From the human T2T-CHM13v2.0 reference genome, Homo sapiens, in assembly GCF_009914755.1 (NCBI RefSeq), contig NC_060930.1: 64,000 nucleotides of DNA; one strand, given 5' to 3'. The notes under the pieces are model-generated. The model searched no databases. It was not told the origin of the DNA and saw nothing but the letters and a program-made list of their open reading frames with translations. Positions 1 through 14,658 of this stretch are shown here, one piece after another. How positions within the stretch are numbered: the first letter of the stretch is position 1; each line of letters starts with the position of its first letter. A program made the position numbers and the translations under genes.

Positions 1-132
1 TTACGTATGATAATGAGAAGAACACTGTCCTAGATGGCTGAAATGCTAATAGTCTTTAATTCACTATTTTCTTATTCTCACTGTTGCAAAGATTTGTAGT
101 TTTATTGATGATTCTCACTCATGTTCTAAAAT

Positions 133-317
133 AGGAGTTGGCAAACTATTGGCTGCCTGTGTTTATAAATAAAGTTTTCCTAGAACACAGTCATGTTCTT
201 TGTTTATGTATTGTCTATGATTACTTCTGAGCTACAAGAGAGACACAAAGACCATACAGACAATAAATCTAAAATACTTACTATCTATGCTTTAAGAAAA
301 GTTTGCTGATTCCCGCT
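133..317. mobile_element. MER58A-like hAT DNA transposon fossil
   Basis: GGAGTTGGCAAACTA...AAATAAAGTTTT...AAAAGTTTGCTGA ends resemble MER58A. Confidence 0.7.
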
Positions 318-1398
318 CCAGATAATTCAGGTTTGCATACAAGGGACCTCGATGTTAACAAGGGAAATTAACATAAGTAGATTTGGCTTTCTTTAAAAAG
401 CCAAAAAAATACTTTAGAAATATACTCCAGAGCTAAAATACATAGAAAAACCACTAAAAAAAGTGCTTACAAAAGTACTCTTTTTCATGACACATCAAGG
501 CAGGTAAAAAGAATTGAAAATATGACTTGACTATAAAACACATGCATCCTAAGAACTCCTGGAACTACAAAAAGTTCAAGAATTTTATTCCCATTACTCA
601 ACAATTTTATTCCCATTACAAGTTACATGTAATAAGTAATTTTTTTATTTATGGAAAGTTATTTATTGAAAATTGTGAGACTAAATTATAAACAGAAACT
701 TTAAAAAATTTATTAACTCCTAATATATTTCCTAACATAAAAAATGAGACTAATGACCTATTTTTAACAAAGATAAATGTCTTCCATTAACAAGGATAAA
801 TTTTAGAAGTACAAACAAATAAGCAAAATCTTACTGATATTAGTATAAAAACAAGAAGAATTAAGAAAGGGAATTCATTGACAAAGATTTAAAAGACTGA
901 TAGGGTCAAATCTGAAAAGATGCACAGACAAGAATTTTCATCAAAGTGTTATTTATAATGGGGAAACATTATAAATGTCTAAGCAGTCATCACTAGAAGA
1001 TCAGTTAAATATATTTTTGTATCCTTAGAAGGAAACGCAATATAGTCAAAATTGATGGAGCTACACTTACTATCCTGCAGAGATGCCCACAATATGTTAA
1101 CAGGCAGATTACCAAGAATTATATAAAACATAATCACATTTGTGTAAAAAGCATGTAGAATGCATGCAAGAAGGGAGGTGAACTCTGCTTGCATTCAAGC
1201 ACATAAAAATGTCTAGATGAAACAACATAGACAAAACTGTTAAATTGTGGCTATTGTTCCTTGGAGATTTAGAGAGTGGATTGTTCTTTTTTCTTACATT
1301 TTTTTCTTTCCTAGATTTTTCTGAATGATCCTTTTATTTTTTTTTTCAAATAATTCTATTTCCATTTCATGGTTTAAAAAAAAAAAATCAAGACTTAC

Positions 1399-1466
1399 CC
1401 AACTAAAAGAAGCAGTGCACAAATCACAACAAATCCCAAAGTATACTTGAGTGCCGTTTTAATTTG
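1399..1466 (-). CDS. LMBRD1: LMBRD1 coding exon 5 (QIKTALKYTLGFVVICALLLLVG)
   Basis: Acceptor CATCTAG| at 1468-1467, donor GG|GTAAGT at 1398-1393; 68 nt; gene continues beyond position 1. Confidence 0.97.
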
Positions 1467-1901
1467 CTAGATGCCAAGGAGAAAAAAGTATAACATTTAG
1501 CAAGCCCTTTAAAATATAAAATATTCTTGCAACACTTTAACAGTACCTTCACATCAGATACATGCTTACACTCAATATTGAAACTAAGGTTGAAAAACAA
1601 CCTTAAAATTTAAAGAAAACAGGTATACTACATCTTAAGTATCTTTGCAAAACATGAGATTTTTTAAATCTTTTCAATAGTTAGGCCCTTGTAAAAACCA
1701 ATCCACCTAAAGCATAGTTAATTCTCCAGTAGGCATCTTTAGTAAAATTATCAGAATATGTAATAAAATATTCCCCCAGACAGCAATCAGAATCTACAAT
1801 GCCCCAACCCAATTCATCAAAATGGTTTATAACAATAATAAACACAATATATACGTTTGTGTTTGAGTATATACATGAGTATATATTAAATATATTTGTA
1901 T

Positions 1902-2190
1902 ATATACATACTCATATATACATATATAAGTATATATACACATATACATACTCATATATACATATATAAGTATATATACACATATACATACTCATATATA
2001 CATATATAAGTATATATACACATATACATACTCATATATACATATATAAGTATATATACACATATACATACTCATATATACATATATAAGTATATATACA
2101 CATATACATACTCATATATACATATATAAGTATATATACACATATACATACTCATATATACATATATAAGTATATATACACATATACATA
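1902..2190. repeat. 40-bp AT-rich minisatellite (about 7 perfect copies)
   Basis: Unit CATATATAAGTATATATACACATATACATACTCATATATA repeated exactly over 1921-2160, plus partial flanks. Confidence 0.97.
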
Positions 2191-2249
2191 AATATATGTG
2201 CATATATACTTACATACATTAATATATATCTTATACATATATAACATAT

Positions 2250-2440
2250 ATCATGCCAGGCACTGATAAGAACGTCACATATGTTAACTCATTTAATTCT
2301 CATAATAACTCTAAGATAGGTTGTTCTCATCTTTAGACATAAGGAAGCTTAAGTCCAGAGAAGTTAATAATCTGTCCTAAGGCACATAGGTCATAAGTGA
2401 TTAAATAAGTACTTAAGACCAGGAACTTGGGAATTTAAAA
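2250..2440. mobile_element. MIR SINE fragment
   Basis: TGCCAGGCACTG...ACTCATTTAATTCTCATAATAAC...CAGAGAAGTTAA MIR core-like sequence. Confidence 0.7.
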
Positions 2441-3375
2441 ACCATGTTTTGCTTGGTGCTTATAATATACTCCAAAGGCTAAGAAAAGCAAATAAAGACA
2501 AAGCTGGACATTCTGAATACGAATAAAAAAGTTAATAATAATCTCATTTTAAATCGGTCAGAAATAACATTTGTCCTCTCAGACTAACGAAGTATCTAAA
2601 AATCATCTTTTAAAATCTGAATTAATGTTTCACATAGTTCTTATTCACAAAGGGGGTAAGATATTCTTTAGGAAAAAAACTAAAGAAAAGGTAAAGAAGA
2701 TCCTAAGATCAACCAAAGGGTAGAAGAATGTGCACTTTGGAAGAAGTGAAAGAGAACGCATACATCTCGTGGAGATCTTATCAAATTTGTAACTAGCTAC
2801 CTTACTTTACATACCTTGGTTTTTCCAAATATAGAGTAAAATAGTATCTGCAAATAACAATTTTGACTCTCTTCATAAATATTTAAATACCTAACTTTTT
2901 TTCTAGGAGTCATTTAAAATACTGTTAATTTACTTGCTCCTAATCTTAATGCAAATGCTCTTGAAGTTTTAAGCATGATTAAGCATGATGCTAGCTTTTG
3001 ACTTAATACATTTATTTCTGTATTTAAATACAAATATAAACAAGGTATAAAACAAAATCCTATAAGTCAAAAAGATAAGACATTTAGTCTTATTGTATAA
3101 CTGTTCCCCTAAATTACAGTGTTCGATTTTGACATATACCTTTTAACATATATTTTTTTCTTTGACCTATTAATTACTATATATTAATAGATTTCCTGAT
3201 TTTCAGTCATCCATGCAATTGAGAGACAGGCCCAACTCGGTTATATAATATCAATATATTTCTAAGATGCTCCTGAATTATATTTACTATTATTTTAGTT
3301 GTTTATACCAATACTTAAGTGATAATGGTCGGCAGTTCTGAACATGGATGTGTGCTGTATTTGTCAGGTTTTTAA

Positions 3376-3685
<310 letters not shown>

Positions 3686-3756
3686 AAAAAAAAAGTCAGC
3701 CTTATCCTGGATTAGTAAGAACAACCTACAAGTGCTCCTTCTTTATGCTTTTGAAC

Positions 3757-4228
3757 AGGGGCCAGCAAACTACATTCAGTGTGCCACATCTGATTCATCT
3801 TCTGTTTTACTGGATCATAAAATGTTCGCTGTCTCTGGATACTTTTAACACTATAATGGCAGACTTGAGTGGCTAAGACAGAGACCATATAGCCCACAAA
3901 TCCTAAATTATTTACTACCTGGCCTTCTACAGAAAAAATTTTGTATGCCTGATCTAGAATTGCTTTGTCTAAAACAATAGTTACAAGCCACATGTGGCTA
4001 GAAAGCACTTGAAATGTGGCTAGCTTGATTGTTGTGTAAAAAACAACCCAAATTTCAAAGACTTAGTGTGAAGAAAAGAAACTTAATATTTCATTAATAG
4101 TTTGACTATATTTGAAATAATATTTGGAATATATTATGCTAAATACAATGTATAATTAAATTAATTTCAACTGTTTCTTTTTATTTTAATTTAGCTAACA
4201 TTGTATTTCTATTAGACAACACTGCTCT
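3757..4228. mobile_element. MER58A plus MER33/MER3 hAT fragments
   Basis: CAGGGGCCAGCAAACTA... followed by AGCCACATGTGGCTAG...CACTTGAAATGTGGCTAG. Confidence 0.65.
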
Positions 4229-4316
4229 AGAAAAAATTCAGTCATTCATTCTCTGAAAAAGCAGGTAATATTATTTTTCTTTCCTAAACTAAGGCCTCTA
4301 AAATAAAGATACTTAC

Positions 4317-4414
4317 AGTACATTTACTAGTATCATCATCATCCTTTTCTTCATAATAGAAGTAGACAAAAGGGATCCAGAAGAACACACAGAACAATAT
4401 AACAGAATATAAAG
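4317..4414 (-). CDS. LMBRD1: LMBRD1 coding exon 4 ((T)LYSVILFCVFFWIPFVYFYYEEKDDDDTSKCT)
   Basis: Acceptor TTTCCACAG| at 4416-4415, donor |GTAAGT at 4316-4311; 98 nt, restores phase after exon 3. Confidence 0.97.
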
Positions 4415-5439
4415 CTGTGGAAATAAATAATAAACCGAGCTTTACTAAATACATATGTACTTAATCATGGTTATCTATCTATATGTATATATATTCACTT
4501 AACAAATTCACTCCCCTATCTGATTCCCTCTTCTCATAACTCTTTCTATATAGTACATGATGCCCAAATAGCCTTTTCTGTCCCATGTCCCAAGAAATCA
4601 ACAGTATTATCAGAATAACAACCCATAATTCAAGTTAACTTTACAGCAATTTCTAACAATAGTAATAACTGGGTCAAGAACAATTGTGGCAGCTGACATA
4701 TGAGCTCTTACTCTGTACTAACTACAATGCTGAGAACGTCCTATAAACCATCCCATTTAAATGAACTTTAACTTTTGTGTTCATTCCAACTTAAATTTGA
4801 GTACACTTGACACAACATTTGCTATTCCAGCAAGTTAAAGAAACAGCTATAAATAATATTCTTTGTGATATAAATAATTTTCTCATCTCAAGTTTAAAAA
4901 AATATGCAGTATTATATAACCAATCTTACACAAATCAAAATAGAGAAAAGGTAAAAAGAATAGTAGAACAGTAAAATTAGACTCTCTATTTACCCATCAA
5001 TGGACCACAGGGGTTGCTTCCAAATTTTGCAATTTGTGAATAATGCAGCTATGAACATGCAAGGACAAATAGCTCTTCATGACCCTGTTTTCAATTCTTA
5101 GATTATATTCAAAATTAGATTCAACATTAACTGATAGGAATTACTATTTATCTGCTTTTTTTAAAAAAAATGTTAGATTTGACATACTTTTAACCAGCAG
5201 TCAGTCAAAATATTTATCTAAATTCAATATAGAGCTTAAGTTAATCCAAAGATACAGTACCTTTAACAATAAAAACAGAATAAGGAACATTTGAGACTTA
5301 AGCCTAAGAAACCTGTTTTAAAATCTGTATATTCACATTCATTTGTTTGTACATATTCATGAAACATAATAGTACCAGTATAATTATATAAAGCAATTAC
5401 AGAATGATAATCATTGTATTGCTTTATAAAAGAAAGCAG

Positions 5440-6350
<911 letters not shown>

Positions 6351-6774
6351 AATACGGAAAAAATGCATGTTAGTAATGTATAATAAAATCTAAATTACTT
6401 ATTGTGTTGGAAGAAATGACTTTAAAGAGTTGTCTTAACATTTGCTAGCACTATCTCATTTATCTGGAGGACACTTATGAAACAGCCCTACTACATGCAA
6501 TACAGATAAAAGAAACTCAAATCAAATAGGACCCTAAATAATCAACAGAGGCGCAGAGTTAATTTATACTTAGCAATCACAAAATGTCTGTCAACATACT
6601 GAATTTGGCACTATAGACATTTAATGAAATTTATGCAGGCTTTTAATATTATGAGCAACTAATAGTGACAATAAATCTTTTAGGGCAATGAATATTGGTG
6701 TTTCTACTACAAACCAAAGAATAGTGAGTTTTAACATTTCTATTGCAAATCTAACAGCCAACAGACATAAACAT

Positions 6775-7663
6775 TTATCTGCAAGGAACTTAAACAAATT
6801 TACAAGAAATAAACAACCCCATCAAAAAGTGGGCAAAGGATATGAACACTTCTCAAAAGAAGACATTTATGCAGCCAACAAACATATGAAAAAAAGCTCA
6901 TCATCACTGGTCAATAAGAAATGCAAATCAAAACCACAATGAGATACCATCTCACGCCAATTAGAATGGTTATTAAGTCAGGAAACAACAAATGCTGGAG
7001 AGGATGTGGAGAAAGAGGAATGCTTTTACACTGTTGATGGGAGTGTAAATTAGTTCAACCATTGTGGAAGACAGTGTGGCGATTCCTCAAGGATTTAGAA
7101 CCAGAAATACCATTTGACCCAGCAATCCCATTACTGAGTATATACCCAAAGGATCATAAATCATTCTACTATAAAGACACATGCACACATATGTTTACTG
7201 CAGCACTCTTTACAATAGCAAAGACTTGGAACTAACCCAAATGCCCATCAATGATAGACTGGATAAAGAAAATGTGGCACATATACACCATGGAATACTA
7301 TGCAGCCATAAAAAAGAATAAGTTCATGTCCTTTGCAGGGACGTGGATGAAGCTGGAAGCCATCATTCTCAGCAAACTAACACAGGAAACAGAAAACCAA
7401 ACATCTCATGTTCTCACTCATAAGTGGGAGTTGAACAGTGAGAACACATGGACACAGGGAGGGGAACATCATACACTGGGGCCTGTCAGGGGGTTGGGTC
7501 AAGGCCGGGGGAGAGCATTAGGACAAATACCTAATGCATGCAGGTCTTAAAACCTAGATGATGAGTTGACAGGTGCGGCAAACCACCATGGCACACGTAT
7601 ACCTATGTAACAAACCTGTACATTCTGCACATGTATCCCAGAACTTAAAAAAAAAAAAAAAAA
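6775..7663 (+). mobile_element. L1PA 3' end (ORF2 C-terminus, 3'UTR and poly-A)
   Basis: ORF 7251-7550 encodes the L1 ORF2 C-terminal motif DWIKKMWHIYTMEYYAAIKK; G-rich 3'UTR; A tail. Confidence 0.95.
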
Positions 7664-8136
7664 ATTGTTAACAGGTATTCCAAAGCTTTAAAAACTTAAA
7701 TACAAAATGCCATTTGTAAATCACCCTAAATACCATGCCAATATTAGGATTAACATAATCAAATAAAATAATTTGTGTAAACTAGAAAAAAAAGTGAATT
7801 AGCACAACAGACTTGAGTAGGCTGACAGCCTCACAACAAAAACTGGTTGATAAACTGATAGGTGGAGTAAGATTTAGCTTCAGCCTGAGTATGCCACTGT
7901 GTCTGTTACTTGGTGGGCTTGGCCTTTAGATAGCCAAACAGCCTAATGACTATTTTATAAGCATTTCTGGTGCTCCTAATCTTGTGTGATAAACAATCTT
8001 TTGAACACCTAAGTTACCATTATATTTAATTAGCATAGCAAAGTATAAGACAAATTCCTGTACCTCAATAAAAAGACAACTTTTTTAAAAAATGGGTGAA
8101 GACTTCAATACTTCACATTAGAAAATATACACAATT

Positions 8137-8440
8137 TCTGGGCATGGTGGCTCACACCTGTAATCTCCGCACTTTGGGAAGCCGAGGCAGGCAGATCACC
8201 TGAGTTCAGGAGTTCCAGGCCAGCCTGGCCAACATAATGAGATCCCGTCTCTACTAAAAATACAAAAAAACTAGCCAGGCATGGTGGCAAGCACCCGTAA
8301 TCCCAGCTACTCAGGAGGCTGAGGCAGGAGAATTGCTTAAACCCAGGAGGCGGAGGTTGCAGTAAGCCCAATTCGCGCCACTGCACTGCAGCCTGGGCAA
8401 CAGAACAGGACTCAATCTCAAAAAAAAAAAAAAGAAAAAG
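8137..8440 (+). mobile_element. Alu (AluS-type) within an L1M fragment
   Basis: Full dimer with A-tail; degenerate TSD GAAAATATA(C/T)ACA. Confidence 0.95.
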
Positions 8441-8719
8441 AAAATATATACATTGGTCAACAAGTACATTTTAAAAGATGCTCAACACCATAAGTCATCA
8501 GGAAAATGCAAAGTAAATCTAAATGGCTAAAATTAAACTGGCAATACCAAGTGTTGGCAAGAATGCAGAAACAACTAACATTATCATACTTTACTTGTAG
8601 GAGTGAGGTACAACACTGTAAAAAACTGTTTAGTAGTTTCTTATCAAGTTAAACATATACCTATCATGTGACCCAACAATTTTCTTCCTCTAGCAATAAA
8701 GTATAACAACTTATGTAAA

Positions 8720-9070
8720 AGGACCTCTGCCCAGAGAAGCTTGGTTGATTTGCAGAGTCCAGGGCACTTATTGGAGACTTGCAAAACAAGTGCATTTGCC
8801 TAAGTGACCAGCTTTGATTACCAAAACTACAGACTCCAAAAAGGAAAGCAAGAATTCTCCAAAAATCATGTTTTTGCACAATCTAAACTAGCCAGTAGTG
8901 CATGGTTCCATATCCAGCTGTACAAAACCACCTTTCAATTAGTAACATAGAGAACACACCAAGGGCTAAGTTCCTAGGAGTTAGTCAAAGGTAAGCCACA
9001 CAAGCAGGACCTCCCTGAAAACATACAAGCATTCAGCAATATTAGGTCTGCTGCATTAACTCTTTTACAA
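8720..9070. mobile_element. ERVL-class LTR fragment (MER21/MER68/MER77-like)
   Basis: Ends ...CAGCAATATTAGGTCTGCTGCATTAACTCTTTTACA resembling these LTRs. Confidence 0.5.
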
Positions 9071-11349
9071 TAATGATGTTGAGAGAAATATTATATGCAG
9101 TGATCAAAAACTGGAAATGATCCAAATGATCAACAAGTGGATGGATAAGCAAACTGAGTGATATATTCACATAAAAGACGATCACACAGCAATAAAAAAG
9201 AAACATGAGAAACAGATGAATCTCATAGACCTTGTGTTGACTAAAACAAGCCCAGACACAAGACTACCTTTCTATGATTGAACATAAGGAAGTTTGAGAA
9301 TGGACAACACTAATCTGAGAAGTCAAAAAAAAATGGGGCAGCTATTGACTTAAAAGATGTATGGCAACCAAAATTCCCATGTTGCTGGTAAAAGTGCCCA
9401 CAAAAGTTTTTAGCAATCAACATCTGGGGAAATGAAGTGGAGAACAGACACAATTCTCAACAGACTATAATATCCCTCTAGTAGTCAATGATTCAAAATA
9501 GGTTTAAAACTGCTCTAAATATTTGTTTCCCTGATACAACCTTCTAAGCTATCTTCTAATAATCTGTTCTTTCTCAGTGTCCTTTATAAAGATTTCTTCT
9601 TTTAGTCCATAAATGTTGAACTGTAAAGAGAGAATTAAATGAACATTTATTTTATAACATTTATCATATGATCAGTTCTAATGTCAAGTTGAGTTTATAT
9701 ATCTGTAAATGGGGGAAAAAATATTGCTGCCTCCACTATCATGAAACAGGAAAAACTGCTTTTTTAAAAGTTCTACATCAAACTCACAGCCATTTTCAAA
9801 GGCAAATTATTCTTGACTCTAAAGTTATGACACTCTCATATCCTAACATCTCTATAAAATATGCTTTTACTTATAAATGTTTTTGTTAAAAGATTGCTAC
9901 TAGCAAATAAAAGATAAACAGATTTTTGGTTTAGCAGACCCACTAACATCAAAGAACACATTAAGAAAAAATTTTTAAGCCTCATGTCCATAGAAATTGA
10001 GCGAAATTAAACTCATGAAACAAGTTGGTTTTTTAAAACAACTTATCGAGAACTAGCAAAAAACAAGTGAATAGAGAGCCACTTAAAGGTCATGGACAAA
10101 AACTGTACCAAAGAATACATAGTAATTCCTAAGATGTTTAAACATATACGAAGCAACAATCTACCTTTTAAAAGCCACGTATCATTAAATTATAACTCAC
10201 ATGAAAATTAACTTGGATACATTAGACTTTTAAATTGTTAAAAATTTTTTAAACATATCCTTCCCAACTACCAATGAAAATAGCTAACATTTACATCAAA
10301 ACACAATGACAAAGAAAAGCAGTCAATATTGTGACAGAATAATTAGTCATTACAAAGCTTTTTGTTTTAGAGGTCAAAGTATAAAGATATTCTGGGAATT
10401 CTAAAAGCCTTCTAAAATTATCTATTTACCCAGCTGAAAAACTCCTGAGTCGAGACTGATAGTTGCATATCTATACCCATTTCCTTTCAGCTGGCACTCC
10501 CTTTCTTGACCTTCCCCCTTCCTACTGCAGCCTACTTGAAACTGATACATGATGGCTTAAACTCTAGCACCATTTTAAAATCTGTGGTGACCTTAAGATG
10601 GAAATCATGTCCTAAGGATGGAGAGTAGAGAAGGAATGAACTTAGTACTCTCATGATGTTATGGCACTGCCATACCAGCCCTGGATAGCCTATCTCCATA
10701 CTTACTTTAAGTGAGACTGAAACACTATATGACTATTTAAACCAGGAACTTCTGAACTGCTAATAGCAGCCACACACAATTCCTGAAACAGAATTTGGTA
10801 CTAGAAATGGGCAAATTCAAATATTTATTCCTGAGCTATTCCAAGCCCTTGGTCATCTTGTCTGTGAAGGGTAGGCATAATAGATCTCAACTAACTTTTG
10901 CCACTGAACATGATAATATCATGAGGTGCCACAGAAAATCCCATGGGTTCAAGATATACTTCTCCTTGCATTAACTGTGTAGCAGCAACCCTACTTCCCC
11001 TAATAGGGTCAATCACTCCATCTGATATGGTAACTATTCACTGGAATTAGATCAAAGTGGCCTGGTAGAAATCATACCTTCTAATGGAAGGGAACCATTA
11101 TTTCATCCTACAGTGGAAGTACTCCCAGATGTCTAGTAAGAATTATAAACCAGTAAGCAAGGTAAGAAGCAAAAGTTTTGTGAGTAACAAACCACTCAAA
11201 ATTACTAATAAATGAACTACTCAATACTGAATTAGGAATAATAGTGTAAACTTCTATGCTCACTTCTACTTCTTAGTTACTGGTAACAAGTATATATTTT
11301 ATAGGAGGAAGAGAAACATAAGTGCTCACTGGTCCCTGGCATTCTCTAA

Positions 11350-12630
11350 AATGTAGACAGACTTTTCAACTCATTTTACAAGGCTAGCAGTCTTAATACT
11401 CACACCTGACAAGAATAATAAGACAAAGAAAAATTACAGACCAGTCTCACCTGCAAATTGATTCTTTAAAAGAATCCCAATTAAGAGAGCAGCAAATCAA
11501 ATCCAAAAATACATTTAAAAAACAAACCAAAAAAAAACCACCAAGATGGCCAATTTAGGTTTATGCTAGGAATGCAAAATTAGTTTAAGTATAATCTAGC
11601 CATGTAATACCTGATATACCACTTGAAAGAATAAACCAAAACAAACAAAAAAGCTTTATATGATATCTTATAGATACTTCTGTATCTTAATAGATACAGA
11701 AAAGGTCCCTTTTAAATGTATTCATTTAACAAATACCTACTGAGTATGTTTCAACCATCATTCTAGGGAGCAGTATACAGCTAAATCAAAACACAGAAGC
11801 CTCTCATGAGACTTAATTCTAGTGAGGAAAAGACACAATATTTAAAATCGTAGTATGTACTACTCAAATTATCTTTAAAAAATTTCTTAAATCAATAAGA
11901 ACACAACCCAACTGAAAGTTACTTGAAGCAGAAAACTGAAAAAGCCAACAAATTTTTTAAAAACATACAATTTCATTTACAAATAAGTGAAACATAGACT
12001 AGTGAACTCTCATTTCACACTCACCAGACTAGCAAAAACTAAACATGTATGACAATATCAAAGTTTAGAATATAGAGCAACTAGAAGGCTTATGTTCTTC
12101 TAATAAGAATTACATTAGTACAAACACTTAGCAAAATAGCTTGTCATTATCTACCATACTGAAGATGCATATAACTTATGATCTATCCGTTTGACTCCTA
12201 TGTATGTACTCTGCACATATACAACAGAAAACATGTGCAAGAATGTTCATTGCACAATTTTAACATCAAAAAACTAAATGTCCACACTGATTAATATGTG
12301 GCATAGTCATACACAATGAAATTATACTTTCTTCAATAATCTGTATAAATGTCTAGAACATGAAGATGAATGAAAGCAAGCAAGCCATTTCATATAAAGT
12401 TCAGAAATGTAAAACTAAGTAAGAATATAACATGATAAAACTGAAAGGCAAAGCAAGGGATTAACACAAACTAAATTTAGAGTATTTCTAAGGGAGAAAT
12501 AGAAGAAATGGCATCAGGAAAAACACAGGAGACTTCAAAATGACCACCTCAAACTTCACACTTAATATGATCAATAAATAGTCTGCTAAGCATAAAAGCA
12601 TATGTCAAGTAAACATCAAAGATGTTGATA
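11350..12630 (+). mobile_element. Ancient L1ME-type fragments
   Basis: AAAATTACAGACCAGTCTCAC, TTTATGCTAGGAATGCAA, CATTTCACACTCACCAGACTAGCAAAA (L1 ORF2/3' motifs). Confidence 0.6.
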
Positions 12631-12643
12631 TTTGCAAGACTGC

Positions 12644-13176
12644 TGTGGTAGGCAGCTTCTAAAGTGGCTCCTGATAACCCTGCTTCTGTATTCACGACCT
12701 GTGTAATCTCAGCTTGAGTGTGGGCTGGCACTAGTGACTTACTGCTAAGGAACAGAATATGAACAAAAATATTGGGATGTCATTTCTGAGATTACGTGAC
12801 AAAAAGACTGGCTTCCATCTTATTGCTGTATCCTTCTCTCACTCTGAGACGCCCTGGCTGCCATGTTGTGAGCTGCCCTATAGAAAAGTCCACGTAACAA
12901 AGAACTGATGTTACAGGCCAAGAGAGAGATAAAACCCGAGGCCTGTCTCAACCCATGTGAGAGAGCTTACATGTCAACTCTCTCCCTTGCGGAATCTTGG
13001 AATGACTACAGTCCCACCAGACATCTTCCTTGTAGCCCAACAAGAGAACCTGACCGAGCACACCCAACTAAGGTGCATCTGGATTCCTCACCCAAAGAAA
13101 CTGTGAAATAAGGTTTGCTGTTTTAAACTGCTAAATGTTGAGGTAATTTGTTACATGACAGTAGATAACTAGTACA
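12644..13176 (+). mobile_element. MaLR solo LTR (MLT1E/F-like)
   Basis: TG...CA termini; perfect 5-bp TSD ACTGC at 12639-12643 and 13177-13181. Confidence 0.9.
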
Positions 13177-14388
13177 ACTGCTGACAGTATAGCAAAGTGA
13201 GTCAGATGTGCTGTGTAAGTTCTAAGAATATACAACTTGAGAATAAAAATCATTTACAGGGTTGAACTTAGACTTTGTATTCTGAAGAACAGTTGTTTTC
13301 CCCATGGATATTTTTGGTTATTTCCCCTTCTCAATGGTATTTATTCCAAGGTTTACACTGCAATGCCATTTTTTTAACAAAAAAAAAATTGTTAAATAAA
13401 ATGGTCAGACAAAAGGCTAAATAATTCATGCTATAATTCACAATTGTATAGCAACAAAGAATCACATTCCAATGTATAAGCCTTAGTCCTTCATAACTTT
13501 TTAACCTCATTTTTTTAATCTATGAATTAGGGATAAGATTACAACTCTAGAAAATCAAATAATAAAAGTGCAAATCCTCTAAGATTTTAAGTTATATTAA
13601 TAGCAACTATCCTTTACTGACTCTCCATAATATACACAGAACTGTATTATAATCTTCACTTACATTAGCTGATTCGATACTTTTCCCAACAACTTTGATA
13701 CACAATTTACATATCCTGAAATTCACAAATTATAACTGTGTAATTCAATAATGTTTGGTAAATTTATAAAGTTCTATAGCCATCACTACAATCCAGTTTT
13801 AGAACATTTCCATTACTCCAAAAAAAGTTGTTTTGTGCCAGTTCACAAATAATCCCCAATCCCACCCCTAGCTTGAGGTAACCACTGATCTGCTGTCTTT
13901 AGAGATTTGCCTTTTCTGGTCATTTTATATGCATAGAATTATATAAGATACAGTCTTCTGCATCTGGCTTCCTTCACTTAGCACAGGGGTTGGGATTTTT
14001 TCTCTGTTAACACATAATAAATATTTTCACGTTTGCAGTTTATACATCTCTGTTGCAAATACTCATCTGTGCTGCTGTAGCAAAGCAGTCATAGACAACA
14101 CATAAACAAATAGACACAGCCAGGTTTACACAAGCCATGCCATAATTTGCCAACTTGTAACTCAGATTGCTGAATATATTAATATAGTCCATTGTATGCG
14201 CATACTGCATTTTATTTAAACATTCACCAGTTGTTGGACATTTGAATACTTTCCAGTTTGGGACTACTATAAAAACTGCTACTATGAACATCTTTGCCTA
14301 GATATTGCATTCATTCCTGTTGGGTAAATTCCTAGGAGTGGAACTGCTGGACCATATAGGAAATTTAACTTTTTAAAGAAGTTACAAA

Positions 14389-14531
14389 TGGCTGGGTGTG
14401 GTGGCTCATGCCTGTAATCACAGCCCTTTGTGTGGCCGAGACAAGAGGATAACTTGAAGCCAGGAGTTCAAGACCAGCCTGGACAACACAGTAGAGACCC
14501 TGTCTCTACCAAAAAACAAAAAAAAAAAAAA
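14389..14531 (+). mobile_element. Alu left monomer (FLAM/AluJ)
   Basis: Single arm plus A-tail; TSD GAAGTTACAAA on both sides. Confidence 0.9.
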
Positions 14532-14658
14532 GGAAGTTACAAACTGTTTTTCCAAAACAACTACACCATATTACATTCCCAATAGCAGCATTCAAAGATT
14601 CTAGTTTCTCTATATACATGGCAGCACCTGGGTATTGTCTGTGTTTCTTATTACAGCC

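Noticed and set aside
581-619. 17-bp direct repeat AATTTTATTCCCATTAC (also degenerate repeats at about 18775-18860 and 26745-26835)
   Set aside because: Small slippage duplications in AT-rich intron; no sign of function
1902-2190. Regular 40-bp repeats resembling a CRISPR array
   Set aside because: Head-to-tail identical units with no spacers, in eukaryotic intronic context; it is a minisatellite
7251-7550. 99-aa ORF MIDWIKKMWHIYTMEYY (also 50957-51184)
   Set aside because: Remnant of the L1 ORF2 C-terminus in 5'-truncated copies; not a gene
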